Assembly: GCA_050248795.1 (NCBI GenBank)
Contig: JBFWRS010000017.1
Span: forward strand, 1,146 to 65,145
Length of the DNA stretch: 64,000 bases
From: Burkholderiales bacterium
Lineage (GTDB): Bacteria > Pseudomonadota > Gammaproteobacteria > Burkholderiales > SG8-39
Direction of reading: 5' to 3'
Under the pieces are notes generated by a model. That model ran no database searches. It was not told the origin of the DNA and saw only the letters and a list, made by a program, of their open reading frames with translations. Position numbers and translations under genes: made by a program. Shown here one piece after another: positions 1 through 9,541 of this stretch; positions within the stretch are counted from its first letter, which is position 1; each line of letters begins with the position of its first letter.

Positions 1-1
1 C

Positions 2-274
2 GCCGGCACGCTGTGCAAGGCGGCGCAGGTGCTGAAGGAGCAGGGCGCAAAGCGCGTGGTCGCGTACTGCACGCACCCGGTGCTTTCCGGCGGGGCGGTG
101 GCGCGGATCGCGGATTCGGACATGGACGAGCTGGTCGTCACCGACACGATTCCGCTAGGCGAGGATGCGCGCGCATGCGGGAAGATCCGGCAGTTGACGG
201 TGGCGGGGCTGCTCGCCGAAACCATACTCAGGATCTTCAACGAGGATTCGGTGAGTTCGTTGTTCATCGAGTAG
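2..274 (+). CDS. prs: ribose-phosphate pyrophosphokinase, C-terminal fragment (5' end lies outside the window)
   Basis: In-frame translation [32 protein letters not shown]...VVTDTIP matches the conserved Prs C-terminus. It sits upstream of rplY-pth-ychF, the usual synteny. Confidence 0.85.
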   Translation, partial: AGTLCKAAQVLKEQGAKRVVAYCTHPVLSGGAVARIADSDMDELVVTDTIPLGEDARACGKIRQLTVAGLLAETILRIFNEDSVSSLFIE

Positions 275-349
275 GCGGACAACGGACAAGCCATCAACCA
301 TCCGTCTGTGCCCGGTCGCGGGCCTGGCGGATTCACGAAAGGAAGTGCA

Positions 350-1045
350 ATGAAATTCGATATCGAAGCGCGCAAGCGCGAAGCGCAGGGAACGGGTGCG
401 AGCCGCCGTCTGCGCAATGCCGGCAAGGTGCCCGGCATCGTCTATGGCGGGGACAAGGATCCGGTCAACCTGGAACTGAGCCAGAAGGACATGCTGCGCA
501 ACCTCTCGAACGAGAAGTTCCACGCATCCATCCTCACGCTCAAGGTGGACGGCGCGGCAGAATCGGTGCTGCTGCGCGCCTTCAACATGCATCCGTGGAA
601 GGCGCAGGTGCAGCACGTGGATTTCCAGCGCGTGTCCAAGGACCGCAAGATCCACATGAAGGTGCCGCTGCACTTCGTCAACGCCGAGACTTCGCCCGGC
701 GTGAAGCTGCAAGGTGGCCTCGTCAGTCACGTGATGAACGAGATCAACATCACCTGCTTCCCGGACGACCTGCCGGAGTACGTCGAGGTGGACCTGGGCC
801 AGATGTCGATCGGAAACTCGGTGCACGTCAAGGACCTGAGCCTGCCCAAGGGCGTCGAAGTGGTGCTGCACCGTGCGGAAAACCCGGTGGTCGCCTCGGT
901 ACTCGTGCCCAAGCTGATCACCGAGGAGGAGACGGCCGCCGCCGATGCGACGCCTGCCGCCGCCGACGTGCCCGCCACGGCGCAGGCCGCCCCCGAAAAG
1001 GCAGCGGAGGGCGACGCCGCCAAGGCCGCCGAGAAGAAGAAGTAA
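350..1045 (+). CDS. rplY: 50S ribosomal protein L25 / general stress protein Ctc
   Basis: MKFDIEARKREAQGTGASRRLRNAGKVPGIVYGG is a typical L25/Ctc N-terminus, and the tail is acidic and Ala/Lys-rich. I chose the ATG at 350, preceded by aggaag, over the upstream ORF start at 308. Confidence 0.9.
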   Translation: MKFDIEARKREAQGTGASRRLRNAGKVPGIVYGGDKDPVNLELSQKDMLRNLSNEKFHASILTLKVDGAAESVLLRAFNMHPWKAQVQHVDFQRVSKDRKIHMKVPLHFVNAETSPGVKLQGGLVSHVMNEINITCFPDDLPEYVEVDLGQMSIGNSVHVKDLSLPKGVEVVLHRAENPVVASVLVPKLITEEETAAADATPAAADVPATAQAAPEKAAEGDAAKAAEKKK

Positions 1046-1048
1046 GCC

Positions 1049-1624
1049 TTGCCGGGGATCCGCCTCATCGTCGGGCTGGGCAACCCCGGCAAGGACTACG
1101 AGCGCACGCGGCACAACGCCGGGTTCTGGTGCATCGAGCGCTTCGCTGCCGCCAATGGCATCGACATGCGCAAGGACACCAAGTACCAGGCGCTGGTCGG
1201 CCGGCATGCCGGCGGCGCGTGGCTGGTCATGCCGCAGACGTTCATGAACGGCAGCGGCAGGCCGGTGCACATGCTCGCGGGCTTCTTCAAGATCGCACCG
1301 GAAGAGATTCTGGTGCTGCACGACGAGCTCGACTTTCCCCCCGGCACGGCGAAGATGAAGCAGGGCGGCGGCATCGCCGGCCATAACGGCCTCCGCGACA
1401 TCTCGCAGCGCATCGGCAGCCATGATTACTGGCGGGTGCGCATCGGCATCGGCCACCCGGGAGACAAGCGGCAGGTCGAGCACTACGTGCTGCAGAAGCC
1501 GTCGCCGGAGGACCGCGCCGCGATCGAGCAGACGGTCGCGAAGACGGTCGAGATCCTGCCGCTTTGCCTCGCCGGCGACATGCAGAGCGCGATGCTGAAG
1601 CTGCATACGAAAGACAAGGCTTGA
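1049..1624 (+). CDS. pth: peptidyl-tRNA hydrolase
   Basis: The [22 protein letters not shown] motif is present and the synteny is right. The start is a TTG at 1049. Confidence 0.9.
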   Translation: MPGIRLIVGLGNPGKDYERTRHNAGFWCIERFAAANGIDMRKDTKYQALVGRHAGGAWLVMPQTFMNGSGRPVHMLAGFFKIAPEEILVLHDELDFPPGTAKMKQGGGIAGHNGLRDISQRIGSHDYWRVRIGIGHPGDKRQVEHYVLQKPSPEDRAAIEQTVAKTVEILPLCLAGDMQSAMLKLHTKDKA

Positions 1625-2715
1625 GCCTCAAATGCGGCATCGTCGGCTTGCCGAACGTCGGCAAGTCCACGCTCTTCAACGCGCTCACCAAGGCGGGGAT
1701 CGCGGCCGAGAACTATCCCTTCTGCACCATCGAGCCGAACGTCGGCATCGTCGAGGTGCCGGATCCGCGCCTGGCGAAACTTGCGGACATCGAAAAGCCG
1801 CAGAAGCTCATTCCCGCGGTGGTGGAGTTCGTCGACATTGCCGGGCTGGTCGCCGGCGCATCCAGGGGCGAGGGCCTCGGCAACCAGTTCCTCGCCAACA
1901 TCCGCGAGACCGATGCGATCGCGCATGTGGTGCGCTGCTTCGAGGACCCGAACGTCATCCACGTCGCCAACAAGGTCGACCCTGTCGCCGACATCGAGGT
2001 GATCAACACCGAGCTGGCCCTGGCGGACCTCGCGGCGGTGGAGAAGCAGTTGTCGAAGTCCACCAAGGTGGCGAAATCAGGCGGCGACAAGGAAGCGCAG
2101 CGCCTGGTCGCGGTGCTGGAAAAGGCGATGACGGCGCTGGACAAGGCGCAGCCGGTGAGGACGATCGACTGGTCGAAGGAGGAGCTCGTCGTGCTGCGGC
2201 CGCTGTTCCTCCTCACCATGAAGCCGACCATGTACGTGGCCAACGTCTCCGAACACGGCTTCAAGGACAACCCGCTGCTTGCCGCGGTGGAAGCGCATGC
2301 GAAGAAGGAAGGCGCACCGGTGGTGGCGATCTGCGCGGCGATGGAATCGCAGATCGCCGAGCTGAGCGACGAGGACAAGGCGATCTTCCTCGCCGACATG
2401 GGCATGGAGGAACCCGGCCTGAACCGCGTGATCCGCGCGGGCTACGCGCTGATGGGCCTGCAGACCTACTTCACCGCCGGTCCCAAGGAAGTGCGCGCCT
2501 GGACCGTGCCCGTGGGCGCCACCGCGCCGCAGGCCGCGGGCGTGATCCACACCGATTTCGAGAAGGGATTCATCCGCGCGGAAGTCACGGCCTACGACGA
2601 CTACGTCGCCTGCAAAGGCGAGCAGGGCGCCAAGGAGGCGGGCAAGCTCCGGGTCGAGGGCAAGGAGTACGTGGTGCGCGACGGCGACGTCATGCACTTC
2701 CGCTTCAACGTCTGA
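1621..2715 (+). CDS. ychF: redox-regulated ribosome-binding ATPase YchF
   Basis: [22 protein letters not shown] carries the P-loop and the C-terminus is TGS-like (...[14 protein letters not shown]). The TTG start at 1621 overlaps the pth stop (TTGA). The resulting 364 aa fits YchF. Confidence 0.9.
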   Translation: MSLKCGIVGLPNVGKSTLFNALTKAGIAAENYPFCTIEPNVGIVEVPDPRLAKLADIEKPQKLIPAVVEFVDIAGLVAGASRGEGLGNQFLANIRETDAIAHVVRCFEDPNVIHVANKVDPVADIEVINTELALADLAAVEKQLSKSTKVAKSGGDKEAQRLVAVLEKAMTALDKAQPVRTIDWSKEELVVLRPLFLLTMKPTMYVANVSEHGFKDNPLLAAVEAHAKKEGAPVVAICAAMESQIAELSDEDKAIFLADMGMEEPGLNRVIRAGYALMGLQTYFTAGPKEVRAWTVPVGATAPQAAGVIHTDFEKGFIRAEVTAYDDYVACKGEQGAKEAGKLRVEGKEYVVRDGDVMHFRFNV

Positions 2716-2725
2716 TCGACGTACC

Positions 2726-3547
2726 ATGGCGGCCATGCGTACCGCCCTGATCGCGCTGCTGGCACTGGTGCTTCCGCAGATGTCGGCGGCGAGCGAGCTG
2801 CCGATCTTCGACGCCCACGTGCACTACTCGCACGATGCCTGGGACAACCTGCCGCCGAAGGACGCGATCGCGATTCTGCGCAAGGCGGGGGTGAAGCGGG
2901 CGCTGGTATCGAGCTCCGGCGACGACGGCCAGCAGCGCCTGTTCATCGAGGCGCCGGACATCATCCTGCCGTCGCTGCGGCCGTATCGTTCGCGCGGCGA
3001 GATCGGCAGCTGGGTGCGCGATCCCAGCATGCCCGGCTACCTCGAAGAGCGGTTGAAGAAATACCGCTACGTCGCCATCGGCGAATTCCACCTCTACGGC
3101 GCGGATGCCGACCTGCCGGGGCCCCGGCGCATGGTGGAACTCGCGCGCCAGTACAAACTCTATCTGCACGCGCATTCGGATGCCGACGCGGTGGAACGCC
3201 TGTTCCGGCAGTGGCCCGAGGCGCGCATCCTGTGGGCGCACTCCGGCTTCGACCAGCCAGCCAACGTGCGCGAGATGCTCAAGAAACATCGCAAGCTGTG
3301 GTGCGACCTTGCGTTCCGCACCGACCACGGCTCGGGCGGCAAGCCGCCGCCGGAGTGGCGCGCGCTGTTCCTGGAGTTTCCTGACCGCTTCACGGTCGGC
3401 TCCGACACCTTCACGCCGGAGCGCTGGCACTACATCCCCGAACACGCGAGGTGGTCACGCCAATGGCTGTCGGACCTGCCGAAAGACGTTGCCGAGCAGA
3501 TCGCCTGGAAGAACGGCGAGCGCCTGTTCGGCGGCATGCTGCGCTAG
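2726..3547 (+). CDS. secreted amidohydrolase-family (TatD/amidohydrolase_2-like) metal-dependent hydrolase
   Basis: The N-terminus looks like a signal peptide (ALIALLALVLPQMSAAS). Metal-ligand-like motifs follow: FDAHVHY, GEFHLYG, LHAHSD, WAHSGF and VGSDTF. Confidence 0.6.
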   Translation: MAAMRTALIALLALVLPQMSAASELPIFDAHVHYSHDAWDNLPPKDAIAILRKAGVKRALVSSSGDDGQQRLFIEAPDIILPSLRPYRSRGEIGSWVRDPSMPGYLEERLKKYRYVAIGEFHLYGADADLPGPRRMVELARQYKLYLHAHSDADAVERLFRQWPEARILWAHSGFDQPANVREMLKKHRKLWCDLAFRTDHGSGGKPPPEWRALFLEFPDRFTVGSDTFTPERWHYIPEHARWSRQWLSDLPKDVAEQIAWKNGERLFGGMLR

Positions 3548-3897
3548 CCGCGCTGCTTGCGGCCGCCAGCGCAGCGACCACGCTTGCGTGCGAGCTGCCG
3601 GACGCGAAGCGCATCCAGGGCGCGAAGCACAGCATCGCCTATCGCACCGTGCCCGCGCGCATCAGCGTCGGCGAGCATTTCATGCTGGAGATTGCGGTGT
3701 GTCCGGCGGCTGCCGAACTGAGGGCGAACGCGCACATGCCGGAACATCGCCATGGCATGAACTACCGCCCGACGCTCGCGCCGGCGGACGCGGGGCGCTA
3801 CCGCTCCGAGGGCTGGCTGTTCCACATGCCAGGACGCTGGGAGTTCGTGTTCGACGTGGGCGGCGAGCGGCTTACCGACAGCCTGCGGCTGGAGTGA
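3451..3897 (+). CDS. hypothetical exported YtkA/FixH-like Ig-fold protein with a His/Met-rich motif
   Basis: There is a hydrophobic signal-like stretch (AALAALLAAASAATTLA). The patterns AHMPEHRHGMNY and GWLFHMPGRWEFVFDV resemble YtkA-like metal-binding domains. The only in-frame ATGs (3451, 3463) overlap the upstream gene by 85-97 nt, so the start is uncertain. The stop overlaps the next gene's GTG (GTGA). Confidence 0.45.
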   Translation: MVTPMAVGPAERRCRADRLEERRAPVRRHAALAALLAAASAATTLACELPDAKRIQGAKHSIAYRTVPARISVGEHFMLEIAVCPAAAELRANAHMPEHRHGMNYRPTLAPADAGRYRSEGWLFHMPGRWEFVFDVGGERLTDSLRLE

Positions 3898-5084
3898 AGC
3901 GGCTCGTCGGCATCCTGCTCGCGTGCATGGCAGGATCAGCCGCGGCGCAACTGCTCGACTACAGTGCAGCCGAGTTGCGCAGCATCCTGCGGCACGGACC
4001 GTGGCCTGCAGCGTGGTCGCCGGATCCGTCGAATCGCCTCTCCGGCAACGCGCAGGCAATCGACTGGGGACGGCAGTTGTTCTTCGAGCCGCGGCTGTCG
4101 AAGGGCGGCGCGGCACCCTGCGCGCGCTGTCACCTGCCGGCGCGAAGCTGGCAGGACGGCCTGCCGCGCGGCCATGGCCTCGAGCCGGGCGATCGCAACA
4201 CGCTCAGTCTCCTGAACGTGCGCTACCAGCGCTGGTTCGGCTGGGATGGCGCCGGCGACTCGCTGTGGGCGCAAAGCATCCGCCCGATCATCGATGCGCG
4301 CGAAATGGGCCTCTCGCCCGGCGAGGTGGCCGCGCTGGTACGCGGCGATGCACAGCACGCCTGCGGCTACGAGAAGTCCTTCGGCGTGCCTCCCCCTGGC
4401 GACGACGAGGCGCTGCTCGCCGGCGTCGGCAAGGCGCTGGCGGCGTTCCAGGAGACGCTGGTCTCCGCGCGCACGCCCTTCGACGACTTCAGGGATGCGC
4501 TGGAACGCGGCGACCGCGCCGAGGCCGCGCGCTATCCGCTGGATGCCCAGCGCGGCCTGCGCATCTTCGTCGGCAGGGGCGCCTGCAACCTCTGCCATGT
4601 CGGCCCGACGTTCAGCAACGGCGAATTCGACGACATCGGCGTACCGTTCTTCATCGCACCGGGCAAGGTGGATCCAGGGCGTCACGGCGGCATCGTGCGC
4701 CTGCGGCAGAACCCGTTCAACCTGCTCGGGCGCCATAGCGACGATGCCACGCGCGCGAGCGCGACGCGCACGCGCCATGTCGCGCTCGAGCACCGCAACT
4801 TCGGCGAGTTCAAGGTGCCGGGTTTGCGCAACGTCGCGCAGACCGCGCCCTATACGCACCACGGTCGGCTCGCCACGCTGGAGGACGTGATCCGGCACTA
4901 CTCCGACATGGATCCCGATCGCATCCATTCGGACGGCGTGGCGATCCTGCGACCTTTGAAGCTCGACGCGGGCGGGATGCGCGACCTCGCCGCGTTCCTC
5001 GCATCTCTCAGCGAGCGCGAGCCCGCGCCGCTGGCGCCGCCGCTCAGGCGTGCGTGCGGATCTCCGCCACCGCTTCGGGATTGA
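3894..5084 (+). CDS. di-haem cytochrome c peroxidase family protein (CCP/MauG-like)
   Basis: A GTG start is followed by signal peptide VKRLVGILLACMAGSAAAQ. Two CxxCH haem motifs are present (CARCH and CNLCH), along with NTLSLLNV and WDG family motifs. The 659-aa ORF beginning at 3105 is an upstream extension artefact. Confidence 0.8.
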   Translation: MKRLVGILLACMAGSAAAQLLDYSAAELRSILRHGPWPAAWSPDPSNRLSGNAQAIDWGRQLFFEPRLSKGGAAPCARCHLPARSWQDGLPRGHGLEPGDRNTLSLLNVRYQRWFGWDGAGDSLWAQSIRPIIDAREMGLSPGEVAALVRGDAQHACGYEKSFGVPPPGDDEALLAGVGKALAAFQETLVSARTPFDDFRDALERGDRAEAARYPLDAQRGLRIFVGRGACNLCHVGPTFSNGEFDDIGVPFFIAPGKVDPGRHGGIVRLRQNPFNLLGRHSDDATRASATRTRHVALEHRNFGEFKVPGLRNVAQTAPYTHHGRLATLEDVIRHYSDMDPDRIHSDGVAILRPLKLDAGGMRDLAAFLASLSEREPAPLAPPLRRACGSPPPLRD

Positions 5085-6984
5085 CCAGGGAGCTGAGGTC
5101 GCCCGGGTCCTCGCCCAGGTAGGCTGCGCGGATGACGCGGCGCATGATTTTCAGGTTGCGCGTCTTCGGCAGGTCGGACACCAGCAGCACCGCCTTCGGC
5201 CTGAAAGGCACGCCGAGTCCGTGCACCACCACGCGCGACAGTTCGTCCTGTAGCGCCGCGGTGGCCTCAATGCCCGCTTTCAGGCTGCACACCAGCACCA
5301 GCGCCTGGCCCTTGATCGGATCGGGCACGCCGATCGCCGCCGCCTCGCCGAGCTTGCGGGTGCCCATCAGCAAGGCCTCGATCTCGGCCGGGCCGGTGCG
5401 CTTGCCCGCGATCTTCAGCGTGTCGTCCGAGCGACCCCAGATGTACCAGTGCCCGTCCGGGTCGCGGCTGGCGAAGTCGCCGTGGTGCCAGATGCCCGGC
5501 CAGGTGCTCCAGTAGTTGGCGATGTAGCGTTCGTCGTCGTGCCACAGGCTGCGCGTCAGCCCCATGGTTGGGCGGCGCATCACCAGCTCGCCCACGGTGC
5601 CTGCAGGCACCGGGCGTCCGGCCTCGTCGACCACGTCCGCGCCGGTGCCGGGCACCGGTGTGTTGAATGCGCAGGGCTTGAGCGGACGCAACAGGCAACA
5701 GGCGAGGATGCCCATCATCTCGGTGCCGCCGGAGAAGTTCAGCAGCGGCACGCGGCGCCCGCCGACGCGCTCGAACAGCCACGCCCAGGCCTCCGGCGTC
5801 CACGGCTCGCCGCTCGACACCATCACGCGCAGTGCGGCAAGGTCATGCGACTTCCATGGTTCGCTGCCTTGTGCCATGAAGGTCCTGATGGTCGTCGGCG
5901 CGACGCCGAGGTAACTCACGCGGTGCTCGGACGCGAGGCGCCACATGCGATCGGCGTCGGGAAAGTTCGGCGCGCCTTCGACCAGCACCAGCGTCGCGCC
6001 GACGATGGGCGTGGTGAACACGATCAGCGGACCCACCACCCAGCCCATGTCCGACATCCACAGCATCCGGTCCTCGGGCTTCAGGTCCATGCAGATCGCG
6101 AGGTCGAGCACGATCTTCGCCGGGAAGCCGGCATGCGCATGCACCACGCCCTTGGGCTTGCCGGTGGTGCCCGAGGTGAACACCAGCAGGTACGGGTCGT
6201 CCGCGCCCATCTCCTCGGTGGGCGCATCATCCGGCTGCGCGGCGACCAGGTCGTGCCACCAGTGGTCGCGGCCGGTACGCATCGATACCGGGTTGCCGGC
6301 GCGCTTCAGCACGATGACGTGTTCCAGCGCCGGCGCCTGCGCGGCCGCCTCGTCGACGATGGCCTTCGCATCCACCGGCTTGCCGCGGCGCGAGGTGCCG
6401 TCGACGCATACCAGCGCTTTTGCGCGGCCCAGCTCCAGCCGCGACAGCATCGCATCCGCGCCAAAGCCGGAAAAGAGCGGCATCACGATGGCGCCGATCT
6501 TCGCCGCGGCCAGCATCGAGATCATCGCCTCGGGCACGTTCGGCAGGTAGATCGCCACCACCTCGCCGCGGCCGATGCCGAGCGCGCGCAAGGCGCCGGC
6601 GAAGCGGCAGACTTCGCGATCCAGCTCGCGGTAGCTGAAGCTCGCACGCGCTCCATCTTCGCCCTCCCAGGCGAGCGCCTGCTTGTCCCAGGTGGGCGTG
6701 CCGCGCCAGCGGTCGAGCGCGTTCAGCACCACGTTGGTGGTGCCGCCCACGCACCAGCGCGTCCACGGCGCGCCGCGCGACTCGTCCAGCACGCGCTCGT
6801 ACCGCCGATAGAAGCGCCAGTCCAGGTGCCTCAGCAGCGCGTCGTAGAACCGTGCAGGTTCGGCGTCCGCCCGCCGCAGCAGTTCGTCAAGGTCGCGGAC
6901 GCCGATCGCGGCGATGAACCGCGTCAGGTTCGCCTGCGCGAGCGTGCCGGCATCAGGCTCCCAGGCATAGGAACCTGCGGACAC
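5044..6984 (-). CDS. AMP-dependent acyl-CoA synthetase (acetyl/acetoacetyl-CoA synthetase-like)
   Basis: The AMP-binding signature LVFTSGTTGKPKGV is present, as are the WMSDMGW and GDFASRDPDGHWYIWGRSDDTLKIAGKR motifs. I chose the GTG start at 6984, just downstream of the desaturase stop. The start is approximate. Confidence 0.75.
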   Translation of the reverse strand: MSAGSYAWEPDAGTLAQANLTRFIAAIGVRDLDELLRRADAEPARFYDALLRHLDWRFYRRYERVLDESRGAPWTRWCVGGTTNVVLNALDRWRGTPTWDKQALAWEGEDGARASFSYRELDREVCRFAGALRALGIGRGEVVAIYLPNVPEAMISMLAAAKIGAIVMPLFSGFGADAMLSRLELGRAKALVCVDGTSRRGKPVDAKAIVDEAAAQAPALEHVIVLKRAGNPVSMRTGRDHWWHDLVAAQPDDAPTEEMGADDPYLLVFTSGTTGKPKGVVHAHAGFPAKIVLDLAICMDLKPEDRMLWMSDMGWVVGPLIVFTTPIVGATLVLVEGAPNFPDADRMWRLASEHRVSYLGVAPTTIRTFMAQGSEPWKSHDLAALRVMVSSGEPWTPEAWAWLFERVGGRRVPLLNFSGGTEMMGILACCLLRPLKPCAFNTPVPGTGADVVDEAGRPVPAGTVGELVMRRPTMGLTRSLWHDDERYIANYWSTWPGIWHHGDFASRDPDGHWYIWGRSDDTLKIAGKRTGPAEIEALLMGTRKLGEAAAIGVPDPIKGQALVLVCSLKAGIEATAALQDELSRVVVHGLGVPFRPKAVLLVSDLPKTRNLKIMRRVIRAAYLGEDPGDLSSLVNPEAVAEIRTHA

Positions 6985-6989
6985 GCCGC

Positions 6990-8003
6990 TCAGGCCGTGA
7001 CGGCGCGCGGCGCGCGATCGGCGAAGATTTTCGCCAGCGTGCTGCCGAACGGCATCACCTCGGCGCCCTCCAGCAGGCCGTGCTTCAGCATCTCGCGGTG
7101 CAGCTCGGGCAGGTGGTAGTGCGGCACCGACGCATAGAGGTGGTGCTCGATGTGGTAGTTGACGCGATGCGGGAAGAGAAGCCACTCGATGAGCGGCGCG
7201 GCCAGGTTGGTGCGCGCGGCGGTCAGCGGGGAGGAAAAATCGGTGGTTGCGCCGTGCTCAGCGATCGCGCGCAGCCGCAGGATCGCCTGCACCACGGTCG
7301 CCAGCGGCAGGATCCACAGCAGCAGGTACTGCACGAGGTAGCCGCTCGCCGCGGCGAGCGCGAACGCGGCGACCTGGAAGCCGATCACCGCGTTGCGGTC
7401 GGAGAGCGCCTCGGCACGCAGGCGCGCCGAGCTGTCGTTCAGCGGGCGCATGGCAACGTTGGTTTCGGTGTTCAGCGCCGGCGCGCCGCCGAGGAAATAG
7501 GCGTAGGTCTTCCACGCCGTGAACCCGGTGAGGTCCTTCGCCAGCTTCTTTGCCAGGTAGAGCCTGCCGCGCGGGTAGCCGCCGTGCAGCGCGGTGTCCG
7601 GGTCCGCGGGCCCGTAGAGGTTATTGTGGTGCAGCCGGTGGATGACGCGGTAGGTGCGCATCGACAGCCCCTGCACCGTCGCGCAGGCGCGGCCGACCAG
7701 GTCGTTCAGCCAGCGCGATTCGAACAGCCGGTAGTGCGCGGCGTCGTGCGCGAGCACGAACAGCGCATGTTGCCGCGTGCCGATCAGGATCACGCAGGGA
7801 ACCACCACCCATGGCGTCCACCATGTGAGCGCCACCGTGATCAGCGTGCCGAGGACGAGGACTTCCTGCGCCACCGACCACGCCGAACGCCACGGCGAAA
7901 TGCGAGACAGTCGCTGGACGATCTCCGCCGGCAGCGCGCGGCGGAAATCGTCCTTGAACTCCTCGCCCCGGGTTACAGCCCCCGGCGCTACAGGCCCATG
8001 CAT
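6990..8003 (-). CDS. membrane fatty-acid desaturase family protein
   Basis: All three histidine boxes are present (HDAAH, HRLHH, HIEHH), with hydrophobic segments between them. Confidence 0.75.
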   Translation of the reverse strand: MHGPVAPGAVTRGEEFKDDFRRALPAEIVQRLSRISPWRSAWSVAQEVLVLGTLITVALTWWTPWVVVPCVILIGTRQHALFVLAHDAAHYRLFESRWLNDLVGRACATVQGLSMRTYRVIHRLHHNNLYGPADPDTALHGGYPRGRLYLAKKLAKDLTGFTAWKTYAYFLGGAPALNTETNVAMRPLNDSSARLRAEALSDRNAVIGFQVAAFALAAASGYLVQYLLLWILPLATVVQAILRLRAIAEHGATTDFSSPLTAARTNLAAPLIEWLLFPHRVNYHIEHHLYASVPHYHLPELHREMLKHGLLEGAEVMPFGSTLAKIFADRAPRAVTA

Positions 8004-9469
8004 ACGTACTTGATCTCGACGTACTCCTCGATGCCGTACTTCGAACCCTCGCGGCCGAGGCCGGACTGTTTCATGCCGCCGAAGGGCGCGACTTCCGAGG
8101 TGATCAGGCCGCTATTGACGCCGACCATGCCGTAGTCCAGCGCCTCGGCCACCTTCCAGACGCGGCCGATGTCGCGGCTGTAGAAGTAGGCGGCGAGCCC
8201 GTACTCGGTGTCGTTGGCGAGCTTCACCACTTCCTCGTCGGTCCTGAAGCGGAAGATCGGCGCCACCGGGCCGAAGGTCTCTTCACGGAAGATCTTCATG
8301 CTCGGCTTGGCCTCGGTGATCACCGTGGGTTCGTAGAACGTGCCGCCGCGCGCATGGCGCTTGCCGCCGGTGAGAAGCTTGCCGCCACCCTTGGTTGCAT
8401 CGGCGACGTGCTCCTCGACCTTGGCGAGCGCCGCTGTGTCGATCAGCGGACCCTGCGTGACGCCGGCCTCGGCGCCCTGTCCGACCTTCAGCGCCTTCAC
8501 CTTTTCGGCCAGCTTGGCGGCGAATGCGTCGTAGACCTTGTCGTGCACGAAAAGGCGATTGGCGCAGACGCAGGTCTGGCCGCTGTTCCGGTACTTGGAG
8601 ATCATCGCGCCTTCCACCGCGGCGTCGATGTCCGCGTCGTCGAAGACGATGAAGGGCGCGTTGCCGCCCAGTTCCAGCGAGATCCGCTTCACCGTGTCCG
8701 CGCTCTGGCGCATCAGCAGCCTGCCGACCTCGGTGGAACCGGTGAACGAGATCTTGCGGACGGTCGGGTTGGCGCACAGCTCGCCGCCGATCGCCGGCGC
8801 GTCGCCGGTGACGATGTTCAGCACGCCTTTCGGGAAGCCGGCGCGCTCGGCGAGTTCGGCCAGCGCGAGCGCGGAGTAGGGCGTCTGCTCGGCAGGCTTC
8901 AGCACGATGGTGCAGCCGGCGGCGAGGCCGGGCGCGACCTTGCGCGTGATCATGGAATTGGGAAAGTTCCACGGCGTGATCGCGGCGCACACGCCCACCG
9001 GCTGCTTGACGACGACGACGCGCTTGTCCGCCCAGGGCGTCGGGATGGTGTCGCCGTAGATGCGCTTGGCGTCCTCGGCGCACCACTCGATGTATGCGGC
9101 GCCGATGGTGATCTCGCCCTTGGCCTCGGCCAGCGGCTTGCCCTGCTCGGTGGTGAGGATGAGCGCCAGGTCGTCGACGTTGGCGAGGATCAGGTCATGC
9201 CACTTGCGCAGGATCGCCGAGCGTTCCTTCGCGGTCCTGGCACGCCAGCCGGCCAGGGCACGCTCGGCGGCTTCGATCGCGCGCCGGGTGTCCATCGCGC
9301 CCATGTCCGGCACCGAGCCGAGCACCTCGCCGGTAGCGGGGTTGTCCACCGTGAAGCTCCTGCCGCCTTCGGCGGAGGTCCAGGCCCCGTCGACATAGCA
9401 CTGTTCGCGGAAGAGTTTCGGGTCCTTCAGCGGGATGGCAGGAAGGCCTGCCTTGGAGGGGGCGTTCAT
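7988..9469 (-). CDS. gabD: NAD(P)-dependent succinate-semialdehyde dehydrogenase
   Basis: The sequence looks like an aldehyde dehydrogenase throughout (ITPWNFP, FTGST.VG, LELGGNAP, catalytic Cys in GQTCVCANR, EETFGPVAP). The SSADH-like N-terminus is LFREQCYVDGAW. I chose the ATG at 9469 (MNAPSK). Confidence 0.8.
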   Translation of the reverse strand: MNAPSKAGLPAIPLKDPKLFREQCYVDGAWTSAEGGRSFTVDNPATGEVLGSVPDMGAMDTRRAIEAAERALAGWRARTAKERSAILRKWHDLILANVDDLALILTTEQGKPLAEAKGEITIGAAYIEWCAEDAKRIYGDTIPTPWADKRVVVVKQPVGVCAAITPWNFPNSMITRKVAPGLAAGCTIVLKPAEQTPYSALALAELAERAGFPKGVLNIVTGDAPAIGGELCANPTVRKISFTGSTEVGRLLMRQSADTVKRISLELGGNAPFIVFDDADIDAAVEGAMISKYRNSGQTCVCANRLFVHDKVYDAFAAKLAEKVKALKVGQGAEAGVTQGPLIDTAALAKVEEHVADATKGGGKLLTGGKRHARGGTFYEPTVITEAKPSMKIFREETFGPVAPIFRFRTDEEVVKLANDTEYGLAAYFYSRDIGRVWKVAEALDYGMVGVNSGLITSEVAPFGGMKQSGLGREGSKYGIEEYVEIKYVCMGL

Positions 9470-9506
9470 GGCGGTTCTCCGGGGTCTGCTGGAAAACCGC
9501 ATTCTA

Positions 9507-9531
9507 GCGCCGCCGCGTCGCGCGGCGGCGC
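9507..9531 (-). terminator. GC-rich hairpin downstream of pstB (candidate pst operon terminator)
   Basis: An 11-bp perfect inverted repeat, GCGCCGCCGCG-tcg-CGCGGCGGCGC, lies between the pstB stop (9542) and the gabD start (9469). On the minus strand only a short, slightly displaced T run follows it. Confidence 0.45.
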
Positions 9532-9541
9532 CGGGGCGATG

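Noticed and set aside
155-1606. A 483-aa ORF on the minus strand, antisense to rplY and pth.
   Set aside because: It is a shadow ORF typical of high-GC DNA. Its composition is Arg/Ala/Gly/Leu-rich with no recognisable motifs, and the opposite strand carries unambiguous rplY and pth.
3105-3893. An N-terminal 263-codon extension of the cytochrome c peroxidase ORF.
   Set aside because: The extension overlaps the amidohydrolase and YtkA-like genes out of frame and is Arg/Ala/Cys-rich. A GTG followed by a signal peptide at 3894, coupled to the upstream stop, is the credible start.
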